DNA of 64,000 nucleotides from a virus (IMGVR_UViG_2974789010_000001:10182-74181); one strand, 5' to 3'; shown: positions 30,182 through 39,476, numbered from the stretch's first letter. Translations and numbers: made by a program. The notes: generated from the letters alone by a model not told the origin.

Positions 30182-30719
30182 ATTGCCACTTAAATCCTCC
30201 TGCTGTTTTTAACTTACCTAAACAACAACTACTTATATTACCTTGGGGTATATTTAGAGACTTAGCTGCATCTAATCCAGTTTCCCGAATATGAAGCAAC
30301 TTTCCACTTAAATCATATTGCAAAACACATTTACCAGTAACTGCTCTAGCAGCATTAATTCTCTTTGCCTTGCTATAGTTATGATTATAATCTCTATTAC
30401 ACCATTCAAGATTATCGTAGGAATTGTTAAAAATATTTTCATCAATATGATTCACTTCTGGAAGGTTATCTGGATTAGGAATAAATGCTTGAGCTACAAG
30501 TCTATGAATTAAATAGGCGTATTCTTTATGATTCTTCCACAACCTAACCATTAAATAATCACTAGTAGAACTCTTAATAGGTTTTATTTCTCTTCCTTGA
30601 AACTTTCTAATTCTTCCATCAGAAAATGTGATAATTCTCTCTAAACTTCTAACCCTTCCAAAGTTACTTACTTGATAGCTTCCCTCCCAGTTTTTAATAT
30701 CTTTCCATACTTCTTCCAT
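30174..30719 (-). CDS. HNH homing endonuclease (NUMOD4 + HNH_3) with a C-terminal NUMOD-like DNA-binding tail
   Basis: WEGSYQVSNFGRVRS...VNHIDENIFNNSYDNLEWCN. C-terminal KTAGGFKWQYE is shared with the three GIY-YIG proteins. Confidence 0.75.
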   Translation of the reverse strand: MEEVWKDIKNWEGSYQVSNFGRVRSLERIITFSDGRIRKFQGREIKPIKSSTSDYLMVRLWKNHKEYAYLIHRLVAQAFIPNPDNLPEVNHIDENIFNNSYDNLEWCNRDYNHNYSKAKRINAARAVTGKCVLQYDLSGKLLHIRETGLDAAKSLNIPQGNISSCCLGKLKTAGGFKWQYE

Positions 30720-30721
30720 AA

Positions 30722-31192
30722 CTACGGAGGCATTAATTTAACTAAATTTCTCAGCTTATCCACATATAACTTATCCTCTGCATACTTAATCCTAAGTAGG
30801 AAATGATAGTAATCTTCACCATCCTTTTGTTTATATTCTATCATGTTCTTATATGCTAGAATACAATTAGTCCAATGGTCAAAGTTATAATACTGTCCAG
30901 CTTTACTATTATACAATCCAAAGATATTATTCTTCTCCTTACATAACCTTGATTTATAATTAGCACTCTCAAGCTTAGCTTGTGCTAATACAATCAAAGG
31001 TTCATTGATTTCATAATAGATAAGTGCCTTAAGTAAAGTACTATCACTAAGTTCTTCATTCAAGAACTCTGGTTGCTCAAGTTTTACATATGGTTGAGGC
31101 TTGTGTTCATTGGTATCATGGTCTATGTACACATAGATACCCAGACCAATCAACATAATGAACAGTAGAATATTGATTATTCGCTGTTTCAT
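30722..31192 (-). CDS. Endolysin, glucosaminidase (FlgJ-like N-acetylmuramidase/glucosaminidase) with an N-terminal signal anchor
   Basis: AQAKLESANYKS...NNIFGL matches the glucosaminidase family. N-terminal TM helix. Confidence 0.6.
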   Translation of the reverse strand: MKQRIINILLFIMLIGLGIYVYIDHDTNEHKPQPYVKLEQPEFLNEELSDSTLLKALIYYEINEPLIVLAQAKLESANYKSRLCKEKNNIFGLYNSKAGQYYNFDHWTNCILAYKNMIEYKQKDGEDYYHFLLRIKYAEDKLYVDKLRNLVKLMPP

Positions 31193-31554
31193 AACTCTTT
31201 ATTTAGTAAATTACTTAGCTTGGTAATCACTGACTTTGTGAACTTACCAAACTTCAATCTCCAGATAACACAGGTAGTTTCTCTATCTTCTGGGTAACTT
31301 GCTCTTTTAATCCACCATCCTATAAAGAATAAGAAGTAGAGTATATTAACTACAGAAATTATGTTAGCTACTATAAGAACTAACAGTCTTCCAACAGTTA
31401 ATGTGAGCTTCTCCTCACTGCCTTCTATGATGCCATAGATTTTTCTATAGTTATTGCTATCTCTTTTAATAAGACCATACTCTGATTCATAGGTGTGAGA
31501 AATTACATACAATTCTATTAAGAAAAATATGATTCCAGTAATAATCCATTCCAT
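31189..31554 (-). CDS. Membrane protein, holin-like
   Basis: 121 aa with two or three TM helices. Adjacent to the endolysin. Confidence 0.45.
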   Translation of the reverse strand: MEWIITGIIFFLIELYVISHTYESEYGLIKRDSNNYRKIYGIIEGSEEKLTLTVGRLLVLIVANIISVVNILYFLFFIGWWIKRASYPEDRETTCVIWRLKFGKFTKSVITKLSNLLNKEL

Positions 31555-31556
31555 AA

Positions 31557-32387
31557 TTACTTACCTGCTACATCTTTAAATAATTGAGGCACAGTACCAT
31601 AAGTAGGCAACTTGCCATCCCATCTATCAACAAAGTTCTGTTGTACAATTAGAGGAGATAATGAAGCGCTAATCTTTCTGTTATACTCTGCCTCTGCATC
31701 ACCTTTAATCTTCAAAGCTTCTGCTGCCTTAGTAGCTGCTGCAACCTGTTTCTTACCTTCTGCCTCTACTGACTTAATCTCATTCTCAATCTTCAAAGCA
31801 TCTTGCACAGCTTTATTCTTGGCAGTAATTGAAGCTTCAAGAGATTCTGGGTATTTAAGACCAGAAGTCATTTCACCAAGAGCAAAGTTTTCTCTAGCTA
31901 ACACTTCCCTTAAATAGTCTTCTGTAACCTTCTCAAACTCTTCTCTCTTACTCACCAAATCATCAGTAGTATAAGCATTGAGTTTCAATCTGTAGGCATT
32001 CCTAATATGGGTAACAAGAACATTCTGAATTACATCCTCAAGAGGTTTTCTATACTTCCTAAAGATTTCAGGAGCCTTTCCTGCAATGGGGTTGATGTTA
32101 ATTGTAGGGTCAATTACAAACTTACTACCATCCTTAGCATTGATTTCAAATGCAGGATAATCTACAGTCTGAACATACATTGGGTATTCATATACCTCAG
32201 TAGTAAAGGGATTATACCACACTCTACCAGATACCAAAGCCACATCACCAACACCCTTGTCATCACCATAAAGGTTTACTTTGATGCCTTCACAGCCTGC
32301 ATCAATTCTCTCACATGATGAGAACACAATTACACTTGCCATCACCATAAAGGCTGTCAACAGCCTCTTTACAAACTTACTTTTCAT
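31557..32387 (-). CDS. SPFH/band-7 (prohibitin/HflK-like) lipoprotein
   Basis: Signal peptide with lipobox (VFSSC), an SPFH-like core and an Ala/Lys-rich coiled coil (EAEGKKQVAAATKAAEALKIKGDAEAE). Confidence 0.5.
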   Translation of the reverse strand: MKSKFVKRLLTAFMVMASVIVFSSCERIDAGCEGIKVNLYGDDKGVGDVALVSGRVWYNPFTTEVYEYPMYVQTVDYPAFEINAKDGSKFVIDPTININPIAGKAPEIFRKYRKPLEDVIQNVLVTHIRNAYRLKLNAYTTDDLVSKREEFEKVTEDYLREVLARENFALGEMTSGLKYPESLEASITAKNKAVQDALKIENEIKSVEAEGKKQVAAATKAAEALKIKGDAEAEYNRKISASLSPLIVQQNFVDRWDGKLPTYGTVPQLFKDVAGK

Positions 32388-32571
32388 GTTTTCTTGTAAA
32401 TTTAATTGTTGTAAAACATCTGGTCTTGTAGGAAACCAGTACTATTGCCACTAATAAGAAGAACCCTACAACATTCTCCACTGTATTAGCTTGTGAAATC
32501 ATATTGAAAGATTGATTAATCCCCCATATAATTAACACCAGCCATACAGCAATTTTAATCACTTTATTCAT
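32377..32571 (-). CDS. Small membrane protein
   Basis: 64 aa with two TM segments. Confidence 0.4.
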   Translation of the reverse strand: MNKVIKIAVWLVLIIWGINQSFNMISQANTVENVVGFFLLVAIVLVSYKTRCFTTIKFTRKHEK

Positions 32572-32573
32572 AT

Positions 32574-33383
32574 CTACACCACTTTAATAACACTTACATT
32601 GCTAGGCAGCTCAAGGTTTTCCCAGTTGAAATATGAGTTAGTGAAGTAAACTTCATCATAGTTCTCACTAAGAGTTGTAATACCCTTACGATTAACCATG
32701 TGAGTTACAAAGATAGCCAATCTTCTGTTGGGATTTATCTCTCTGATTTTACTAGCAACACCTGCAAAGGTTCCACCAGCATCACACAAATCATCAATCA
32801 CAACTAAAGGCATACCAATGAGTTCTTCATCTTCAAGTAATTCTGGATTCTCAATAGAAAATCCTTCTAACTTGCCTGTCTCTGGATTACGAGTTTTACT
32901 GCATATAAGTTTATGTTCACCCATATATTCATGTCTTTCAACTGCACCTGCATCTGGAAATACTGGAATATATCCAGTGAAGTTAGGCATTTGCATGAAC
33001 ATATCTCCCCAGTATTTGTCAATCAAGTCCTGAACTTTACCTGAATGAGGTTCAAGAACATGAACTGACTCTGCTCCCATACTGTTGATTAGATTAGCAA
33101 CCACTTTCAAACTGAATGATTCATTGAAAGATATTACTCTGTCCATTCTCATAGACATAAGATAATAGATTTGTAGTGTAAATATCACTTCATGTCTGCT
33201 GAGAATATCAGCCACTTGAAGTAGTATGTACATATCATTAGGATTTGCTATTCTACATACAACTGTTACACTATCCTTTCTATTAATGTCACCAAGGACT
33301 ATGTGAGGTTCACCGTCAGGGAATGTAGTAACATTATAGGTAATATTACTCTTCTCTGGTCTAATTAAATTTAATACTTGCAT
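32574..33383 (-). CDS. prs: Ribose-phosphate pyrophosphokinase (PRPP synthetase)-like
   Basis: FPDGEPHIVLGD (the FSDGE motif), IYYLMSMRMDRV (matching IPYFGYARQDRR) and a PRPP-binding loop VVIDDLCDAGGTF. Confidence 0.75.
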   Translation of the reverse strand: MQVLNLIRPEKSNITYNVTTFPDGEPHIVLGDINRKDSVTVVCRIANPNDMYILLQVADILSRHEVIFTLQIYYLMSMRMDRVISFNESFSLKVVANLINSMGAESVHVLEPHSGKVQDLIDKYWGDMFMQMPNFTGYIPVFPDAGAVERHEYMGEHKLICSKTRNPETGKLEGFSIENPELLEDEELIGMPLVVIDDLCDAGGTFAGVASKIREINPNRRLAIFVTHMVNRKGITTLSENYDEVYFTNSYFNWENLELPSNVSVIKVV

Positions 33384-33574
33384 CTTTTTTTTTTAGTTAT
33401 ATATTTAGTTCTATATCCAATCTAACTTTATAGCCCTCCAAGCCTCTCTCATAGCTTGATGAGTTCCGTCAAACTCCTTTAGAGCTAAATTACACCTTGG
33501 GAACTTATAGTCTCTAACTGGATTTCTTGACTTCCTTCTTTGACCATTATTCCACTTTTTCTTAGTACCTTTAT

Positions 33575-33760
33575 TCATAAACTAAATAGTTTTATGTAAG
33601 TTCTTTTACAATCACCTGTCCAATCATACTTATTATACCAGAAGAGTAATATATACTTTCTACCTGACTCAACTAAATCAAGTTTAGGGTTGTATCTAAA
33701 TAATCCTCTGATTAACAGTATGATTGTGGTGATACTAAATAACAATTTAATGAACATCAT
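33575..33760 (-). CDS. Small membrane protein
   Basis: 61 aa, hydrophobic. Confidence 0.35.
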   Translation of the reverse strand: MMFIKLLFSITTIILLIRGLFRYNPKLDLVESGRKYILLFWYNKYDWTGDCKRTYIKLFSL

Positions 33761-33761
33761 A

Positions 33762-34268
33762 CTATGGCTTGTTACATATCATTGTATCAAATCTGTTTAT
33801 CACTTCATAGAACATTATTCTACCATTCTCTTTTCTTCCTATCAAAACAGACTCATCTAAGAAGTTAGCTGTACAAAGAAAAGGATAGGTGTTCCACTTG
33901 ATAAAAGCGCCTAAGTCTTTAAGAATCTCACCAATAGTATCACCACTTGAAATGAAGTCATCAATAACCACTGGTACTGCACCTTTGAGTATCTTATAAT
34001 ACCCATCCATATTGCCTCCATGAGTGTTCTTACTTTTCCTTGATATGACTATAGTTACTTTTCTACCTTTCTTCTTTAATATATAACCAACTGCACCAGC
34101 TATAATACAGCCAGATGTACCTCTACAGACTAAAGCAATATCTTCATCTTTATCAACGACAGTATGTAATGTTCTAGCTGCTTCTCTTACATAATTGAAG
34201 TTATCATAGAACTCCCCACCTATTGGATAGGTAACATCTGCTACCTTCTCAAAATATATAAAGTTCAT
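33762..34268 (-). CDS. Type I phosphoribosyltransferase
   Basis: PRPP-binding motif VPVVIDDFISSGDTIGE. 168 aa. Confidence 0.7.
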   Translation of the reverse strand: MNFIYFEKVADVTYPIGGEFYDNFNYVREAARTLHTVVDKDEDIALVCRGTSGCIIAGAVGYILKKKGRKVTIVISRKSKNTHGGNMDGYYKILKGAVPVVIDDFISSGDTIGEILKDLGAFIKWNTYPFLCTANFLDESVLIGRKENGRIMFYEVINRFDTMICNKP

Positions 34269-34288
34269 CTCACCTTCCCCCCTATTAA

Positions 34289-34603
34289 CTAATTCTGACT
34301 ATCTTCTACCTTTGTAGCATATACTACAAGCTCATCTTCTTCCTTAAAAATAATTGTCTTAATAGGATACATCTTAGTAGAGTTGATTCCATTTCTCAAC
34401 TCACCAGTCTGTGCATTGTAGAACTTATAATCAGCATCAATTACATCAGTTACCTGCATGGATTTGCTGTAGTCTTTTGATTCAATCAAATCACCTACTT
34501 CTACATCTTCTGATGTCCTGAAAGCATACTTAGTTAGCTTGTTATCAGCTATTTCCTTATTGGTAAGCTTTACATTCGTATATACAACTAATATAGTTTT
34601 CAT
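34289..34603 (-). CDS. Hypothetical protein
   Basis: 104-aa ORF. Confidence 0.4.
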   Translation of the reverse strand: MKTILVVYTNVKLTNKEIADNKLTKYAFRTSEDVEVGDLIESKDYSKSMQVTDVIDADYKFYNAQTGELRNGINSTKMYPIKTIIFKEEDELVVYATKVEDSQN

Positions 34604-34721
34604 ATGTTACTCCTTTCTTTATTAGATTATTAATGATATAATTGTGAAAAATAAAGGGACTACTCATCACGAGCAATCCCTTTCAGTTAACAATTTAAAA
34701 ATCAATTAAAACGCCAGTTTC

Positions 34722-35096
34722 TCAATCTTCAAACACTTGATAAGTGTATGATGTTCCACCAAGACCTTCACATATTATTCTCAAGTGAGCTTCAAGTCTC
34801 ATCTTTGCATTCATACCCTTCCAAGCACCTTCTTTAGACCAATAAGGAACATTCTCCTTATCAGTCATAGCATCATAACCTTCCTTACTGATATTAAGTG
34901 ATTGACTTGCAGGTGCAGACTTTCTGGTCTTAACATGAATTACTTCTCTGTTCTGACCTTTTGCATCTGACACCTCCATATTAAACTCATCATACCCTGC
35001 TAAACCTTGTTCCTCAAGAGCTTTAGCTGCCTCTTGGCTTAACATAGTTCTTCCTTGAAGTACTACACTAAGACTTACTTTGATTTCATTATTCAT
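34722..35096 (-). CDS. Hypothetical protein
   Basis: 124-aa ORF. Confidence 0.4.
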   Translation of the reverse strand: MNNEIKVSLSVVLQGRTMLSQEAAKALEEQGLAGYDEFNMEVSDAKGQNREVIHVKTRKSAPASQSLNISKEGYDAMTDKENVPYWSKEGAWKGMNAKMRLEAHLRIICEGLGGTSYTYQVFED

Positions 35097-35256
35097 AATT
35101 ATTATTACTTTGAGGTAAACTAAAGTCTACCTCAATTGGTTCTAGTACTATAGGTGCAATGGTTAAATCTTCTTGTGAAATAACCATTGCACTGTCATCC
35201 CATAGGTCAATACCAGAGTTCTGGGGTATAATCTCTTCCATATTCAAATGTTGTTA

Positions 35257-35670
35257 TCATACTGTTGTATCTAAGTCTGGATGTTTATTAATTAGCCATC
35301 TACATGACATTGCTACTACTAAATGTTGTACTCCACTAGCTGCAATTACACCAATCACTATATATTGCCAACTAGGTAGTGATTCCCATGCTGATAAGTA
35401 AATAGCACATAAGAAGAATGTTATCCATGTAGTACTACAGTAAATACAATAGCCTAATGGTTTAGCTACCCAAGCTTTAACTTTATCCCAAGCTTTAGGA
35501 GTAAATCCAGCCTCTATTATATCCTCAGTACACTCTGCCCAAGGTTTCAACCATCCATAATAGATGAAGTTGAAAATCATACCACTTGGTTTCAAACAGT
35601 TTCTGTAGAACAGACCTAGTAAACCACCTACTAATCCTACAAGTATAAATTCAAATACTAACTCAATCAT
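35257..35670 (-). CDS. Integral membrane protein
   Basis: 137 aa with about 4 TM helices. A11 tract immediately upstream of the start. Confidence 0.45.
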   Translation of the reverse strand: MIELVFEFILVGLVGGLLGLFYRNCLKPSGMIFNFIYYGWLKPWAECTEDIIEAGFTPKAWDKVKAWVAKPLGYCIYCSTTWITFFLCAIYLSAWESLPSWQYIVIGVIAASGVQHLVVAMSCRWLINKHPDLDTTV

Positions 35671-35775
35671 CTTTTTTTTTTAAGTGAATAACTTGTTATT
35701 TATACATTTTGAGATTCTTCCCATTGCATTCTGCAATAAGAAAGAATAACTTACTTCCTTTTCTTCTCACTGGTT

Positions 35776-36096
35776 TCATGACAGTAATATTAATGAATTT
35801 TGGATGTTTGTTATCTGTTGTCTTATAATGGGCATAAGGTACTCTGCATCCATGTAGTTATTTTGCTCAAGACTACATAGTGAGTCATTTAGTGCATCTG
35901 CATTCTCTTTTGCTCTATTAAGCTGTGCTTCTTTTGCCTTCTCTTCCTTGGTACTTGGTATAGGAATATCAAACAGAAAGAAAAAGGCTGCTATTAACAC
36001 TAGAAGTGGAAATAACAATAGAGATAGTGGTAGCATAACAGCTATTGCTAACACTCTCTTAAGAAATTTTAGTAGCTTTTTCATAACTCTCCTCAT
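35776..36096 (-). CDS. Membrane protein
   Basis: 106 aa with a TM segment. Confidence 0.4.
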   Translation of the reverse strand: MRRVMKKLLKFLKRVLAIAVMLPLSLLLFPLLVLIAAFFFLFDIPIPSTKEEKAKEAQLNRAKENADALNDSLCSLEQNNYMDAEYLMPIIRQQITNIQNSLILLS

Positions 36097-36352
36097 ATAT
36101 TAGTGAATCTTCTTTTAAATAATTACTTCTATTGCACTCAAGCCACTGTTTGGCTTCATCAAGAGTGGGTTTACTGGTTAATCTTCTGTCATTAAGCCTA
36201 ATGTCATACATTCCTTCACTTAAAACTATCTGGAATGTGTCCTTCTTTGTAACATCTAACTTGTCATGCTCATCACCATAATATTCAATGAGCGCAAATA
36301 TTATACCTGATATACCAAGTGATATTCCAAGTACAAAGAGTAAGGGAATCAT
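36059..36352 (-). CDS. Membrane protein
   Basis: 97 aa with an N-terminal TM segment. Confidence 0.4.
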   Translation of the reverse strand: MIPLLFVLGISLGISGIIFALIEYYGDEHDKLDVTKKDTFQIVLSEGMYDIRLNDRRLTSKPTLDEAKQWLECNRSNYLKEDSLIYEESYEKATKIS

Positions 36353-36564
36353 CCTACACTCCTTTCTGGATTAGGTATTATCTCCCATCCTTCTTTAAAG
36401 TATGGTTTATCTGCCCACAACAGGAATTCTTCTTCTGTGAAGTTAATTCCATCTTCAAAGTAGTAAAGACCATTGGTACACTTAGTTACCCACTCTTCTT
36501 TGTCAAAATATCTATGCCTTACTCTATGAGTTTGCATAGCCTTTAATGCTTCTTGTAATGTCAT
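36349..36564 (-). CDS. Hypothetical small protein
   Basis: 71-aa ORF. Confidence 0.4.
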   Translation of the reverse strand: MTLQEALKAMQTHRVRHRYFDKEEWVTKCTNGLYYFEDGINFTEEEFLLWADKPYFKEGWEIIPNPERSVG

Positions 36565-36765
36565 ACTATTCCTCTTTTAAAGTACAATCTATGTATTTTA
36601 ATTATATACAATGAAAATACCAGATGTTTGATTACCTGTAATCAGCAGGAACATCTGGTATTAATAGTAGTCTATCAGCCAACACAACCGTTCTTATTGA
36701 GTCTACTAAAGTAACTTTACTAATGTAAGAGGTTACAATCCATCATGGGTGAAAGTTAGTGTATA

Positions 36766-36897
36766 CAAACCATCGTACTCCTTATAAGACTCGAACCTAT
36801 GACCCACAGATTAGAAATATGTCAACTATTATGTGCTAATTGTCATAGAATAGTTCACTCTGAAATGGAATAACTTCTGTTGCTCTATCCAACTGAG
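36766..36897 (-). tRNA. tRNA gene with a roughly 58-nt insertion in the anticodon loop (anticodon unresolved; possibly TCT)
   Basis: Minus-strand reading gives a canonical scaffold: acceptor GCTCCTT/AAGGAGT, D-arm TAGCTCAGTTGGATAGAGCA, anticodon stem ACAGA/TCTGT, variable GGGTC, T-arm ATAGG-TTCGAGT-CTTAT. A 65-nt element replaces the 7-nt anticodon loop. Confidence 0.5.
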
Positions 36898-37001
36898 CTA
36901 AAGGAGCATTTGTATAGTCTATATTCACATACTGACTATACTAAGTTAACTGAAAATTACCAAAACAGTTAACATACAAAACCATTATTCATCTATAAAA
37001 C

Positions 37002-37454
37002 CTAATCCTTATCTATAGTTATGAGTATGTTTGTCTTATCTTTATATAGTATTACAAATTCATACTCATCACATATCTCTTTCCATTCTTGGCTATATGG
37101 CTCTACATCTTGTATTGCATCTAATGCCTCAAGCAGTAGAGTGAATGTTTCTTCATCCATTGAGATTACTGCATTATCAAATTCAGCATCTAAGTCTGTA
37201 TAGACTGCCCAATATACTTCATCACCATCAGCAGTTGTAGACATCTTTGTATCTATAACATTATTGATATAGAATCCACAATAGTCCCAGCCTTCATAGC
37301 CTTCATCAGGAACTAATGTACCATCAAGGTCTTTCTCCTTATATACATTATCTACACAAGAAGAACACATTGTTACTACTGTTGCTATTAATAAGCAACT
37401 GATAAGGGCTGACATTAAGTACAGCCCAAATGATTTGATACTAATCTTTTCCAT
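37002..37454 (-). CDS. Putative acidic lipoprotein
   Basis: Signal peptide with a Cys-containing lipobox-like region (MCSSC). Acidic. Confidence 0.4.
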   Translation of the reverse strand: MEKISIKSFGLYLMSALISCLLIATVVTMCSSCVDNVYKEKDLDGTLVPDEGYEGWDYCGFYINNVIDTKMSTTADGDEVYWAVYTDLDAEFDNAVISMDEETFTLLLEALDAIQDVEPYSQEWKEICDEYEFVILYKDKTNILITIDKD

Positions 37455-37553
37455 GTTTCACAAGTTTACCAATTGGACCATATTTATTTAGCTCTTTCTT
37501 AAGAACAGCATACTTTCTTCTGCTCTCTTCATTTTTGAAATCTTGCATTGTTT

Positions 37554-37832
37554 TCATAATGAATCAAATACCTCTTTAGGTAAATACTGTCTATACTCTT
37601 TGCCAGTTCTAGCACTTATCCTTAGTATGAAACAAGACTTTGAAGTCTTGTATATAGGATACTTCTTGCCTTTAGTCTCAAAGAAATAGGTTGTTTTAAC
37701 AGGCTCCTCCTTTACCTTTTTCTTTGATACATAACTGAATGTATTATCAGTTTTAACTACTTTAATGCTATCATTAGCATAGATAGCCACACTACCTAGT
37801 AACATGGCTATCATTATAATAAGATGTTTCAT
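37554..37832 (-). CDS. Secreted small protein
   Basis: N-terminal signal peptide MKHLIIMIAMLLGSVAIYA. Confidence 0.4.
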   Translation of the reverse strand: MKHLIIMIAMLLGSVAIYANDSIKVVKTDNTFSYVSKKKVKEEPVKTTYFFETKGKKYPIYKTSKSCFILRISARTGKEYRQYLPKEVFDSL

Positions 37833-38059
37833 ACTGCTCTATTTAGTCTAAACTCTTCAAGTTTCTTAATCAAACCTTCCTCAAATCTCTCAAGAGGTGA
37901 GAGAGTTTTAGGTGTGGAAGTAGTGCTAATCATAAGGAATAATGCACTATTGTTTACATGATTCTCTTCAAGCATAGCTCTATGAGCTTTCTTTGATTGA
38001 GTATAATTGCTTGATGAAGCAATACATGCTCTATTAATTCTCTTTCTCATGTTATTCAA
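37829..38059 (-). CDS. Hypothetical small protein
   Basis: 76-aa ORF. Confidence 0.35.
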   Translation of the reverse strand: MNNMRKRINRACIASSSNYTQSKKAHRAMLEENHVNNSALFLMISTTSTPKTLSPLERFEEGLIKKLEEFRLNRAV

Positions 38060-38378
38060 ATATTATATTAAGGATTCTTCTCCACTTAGATTGTCTTATT
38101 TCTATAGGAGATTGTTTAGTAGCTCTACTTCCTAGCCTAGTTACCTTTCTATTGGTATTCTGATTTTTACTACCAAACAAGCTAAATAGTGCTTTATCTT
38201 TAGTATTACAATTTGCTTTAGCTAATACTTGATAGTAATGTGTAGATACACTCCCTACACTTCTATTTAACTCTTGAGCACACTCTCTAAAAGCTTGAGA
38301 TAAATTGCTAGGATTAGCACTTACTTTACTAAGGATTATTAAATTTTCTTCCTTAGTGTACCTGTTTCTACTTTCCAT
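38052..38378 (-). CDS. Hypothetical protein, possible HTH DNA-binding
   Basis: 108 aa with a helix-turn-helix-like stretch LSQAFRECAQELNRSVGSVSTHYYQV. Confidence 0.35.
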   Translation of the reverse strand: MESRNRYTKEENLIILSKVSANPSNLSQAFRECAQELNRSVGSVSTHYYQVLAKANCNTKDKALFSLFGSKNQNTNRKVTRLGSRATKQSPIEIRQSKWRRILNIIFE

Positions 38379-38571
38379 TTTGATTGTTATTTGTTAATTG
38401 TTATACTCTAAAGAATAAATGAGTAGCTCTATAGCATTGACAGGCTTTTATTTAACTATAGAATCTTATGTTTCCCAGCTTCAAGGGTACTACTCATTTA
38501 TAAAAAGGGAACCAGTTATCAGAGTCCACTGAGGGGTTGCCCAGACACTTGCCTTTCCCAACACATGTGTG

Positions 38572-38683
38572 AAGCATATACTGGATTTGAACCAGTGACC
38601 TTTCTTTATTAGTACAATTACAGGAGTACTACCCAATTTACCATAGTCAATAAAGAATGCTCTAACCACTGAGCTAATATGCT
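38572..38683 (-). tRNA. tRNA gene with a roughly 39-nt hairpin insertion in the anticodon loop (anticodon unresolved; possibly TGA)
   Basis: Scaffold: acceptor AGCATAT/ATATGCT, D-arm TAGCTCAGTGGTTAGAGC, anticodon stem TTCTT/AAGAA, variable AGGTC, T-arm ACTGG-TTCAAAT-CCAGT. 46 nt lie between the anticodon stem halves, including a perfect hairpin TAGTAC...GTACTA. Confidence 0.5.
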
Positions 38684-39423
38684 TATACTTCTTCTAAACT
38701 AATGTAGCTGTAAGGTATCCATTACACATTTAATTCCTTGAACTAACCTAGGAAACTACTTAATAACTAAACAGTTTTACTTGCTTTTATTTTCTTTTTA
38801 CCAGCACTGTAACAGATATCTGGACTTGTTATCCCTTTACTTTCATTTGGATACAACAGTACGTAATTTACCGTAACTAAGATATAAGACATCACTACTA
38901 TGTAGATTATAGTCTGCACACAGTCCTTGGACCATACCCTAAGGCTCTCTAGATTTCATGCGGGTTAGATAATACTTTCAAACTGTATACTTTGCTGGCT
39001 TAATACACTAATGTATGTCACAGCTATACACCTTCTCTAGTGAAGCTTATAGTTATTATATTAGTCTAGCTTTCTATTATTTATATGTATCTTCTTATAA
39101 GTTTCATAGGTTTAGCCCCCTATGCAATGTCATTAGTTACTATTCCTTCAACTAATAAACCAGGCATGATTGTGCATTGGTTCAATTAATTCTGATTTGT
39201 ATCTCCAATATGTGTTATTTAATGCAATAAGGAGAGGTTTTATTGCTTATTTTAGTCTCTTTTGCTCTCTTTTGATGATATAATACAGCCAATTGTTATA
39301 GCAAATACAGCTATTATTGTCCATACTATGTCACTTGTTAATGATGGTTCTAATAAGTTCATACAGTAAATATAGTTATGTATTTGCTAATCTTTGCTTA
39401 TGACAAGTAGTAAAAAGGAGTGT

Positions 39424-39457
39424 AAGGGTGGTAGGGTTTTTTCTCTGTAACCTACCA
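39424..39457 (-). terminator. Probable terminator hairpin downstream of gene 39477..39758
   Basis: Inverted repeat GTGGTAGG...CCTACCAC with T-runs nearby. Confidence 0.4.
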
Positions 39458-39476
39458 CTCTACACTCACACTTGTA

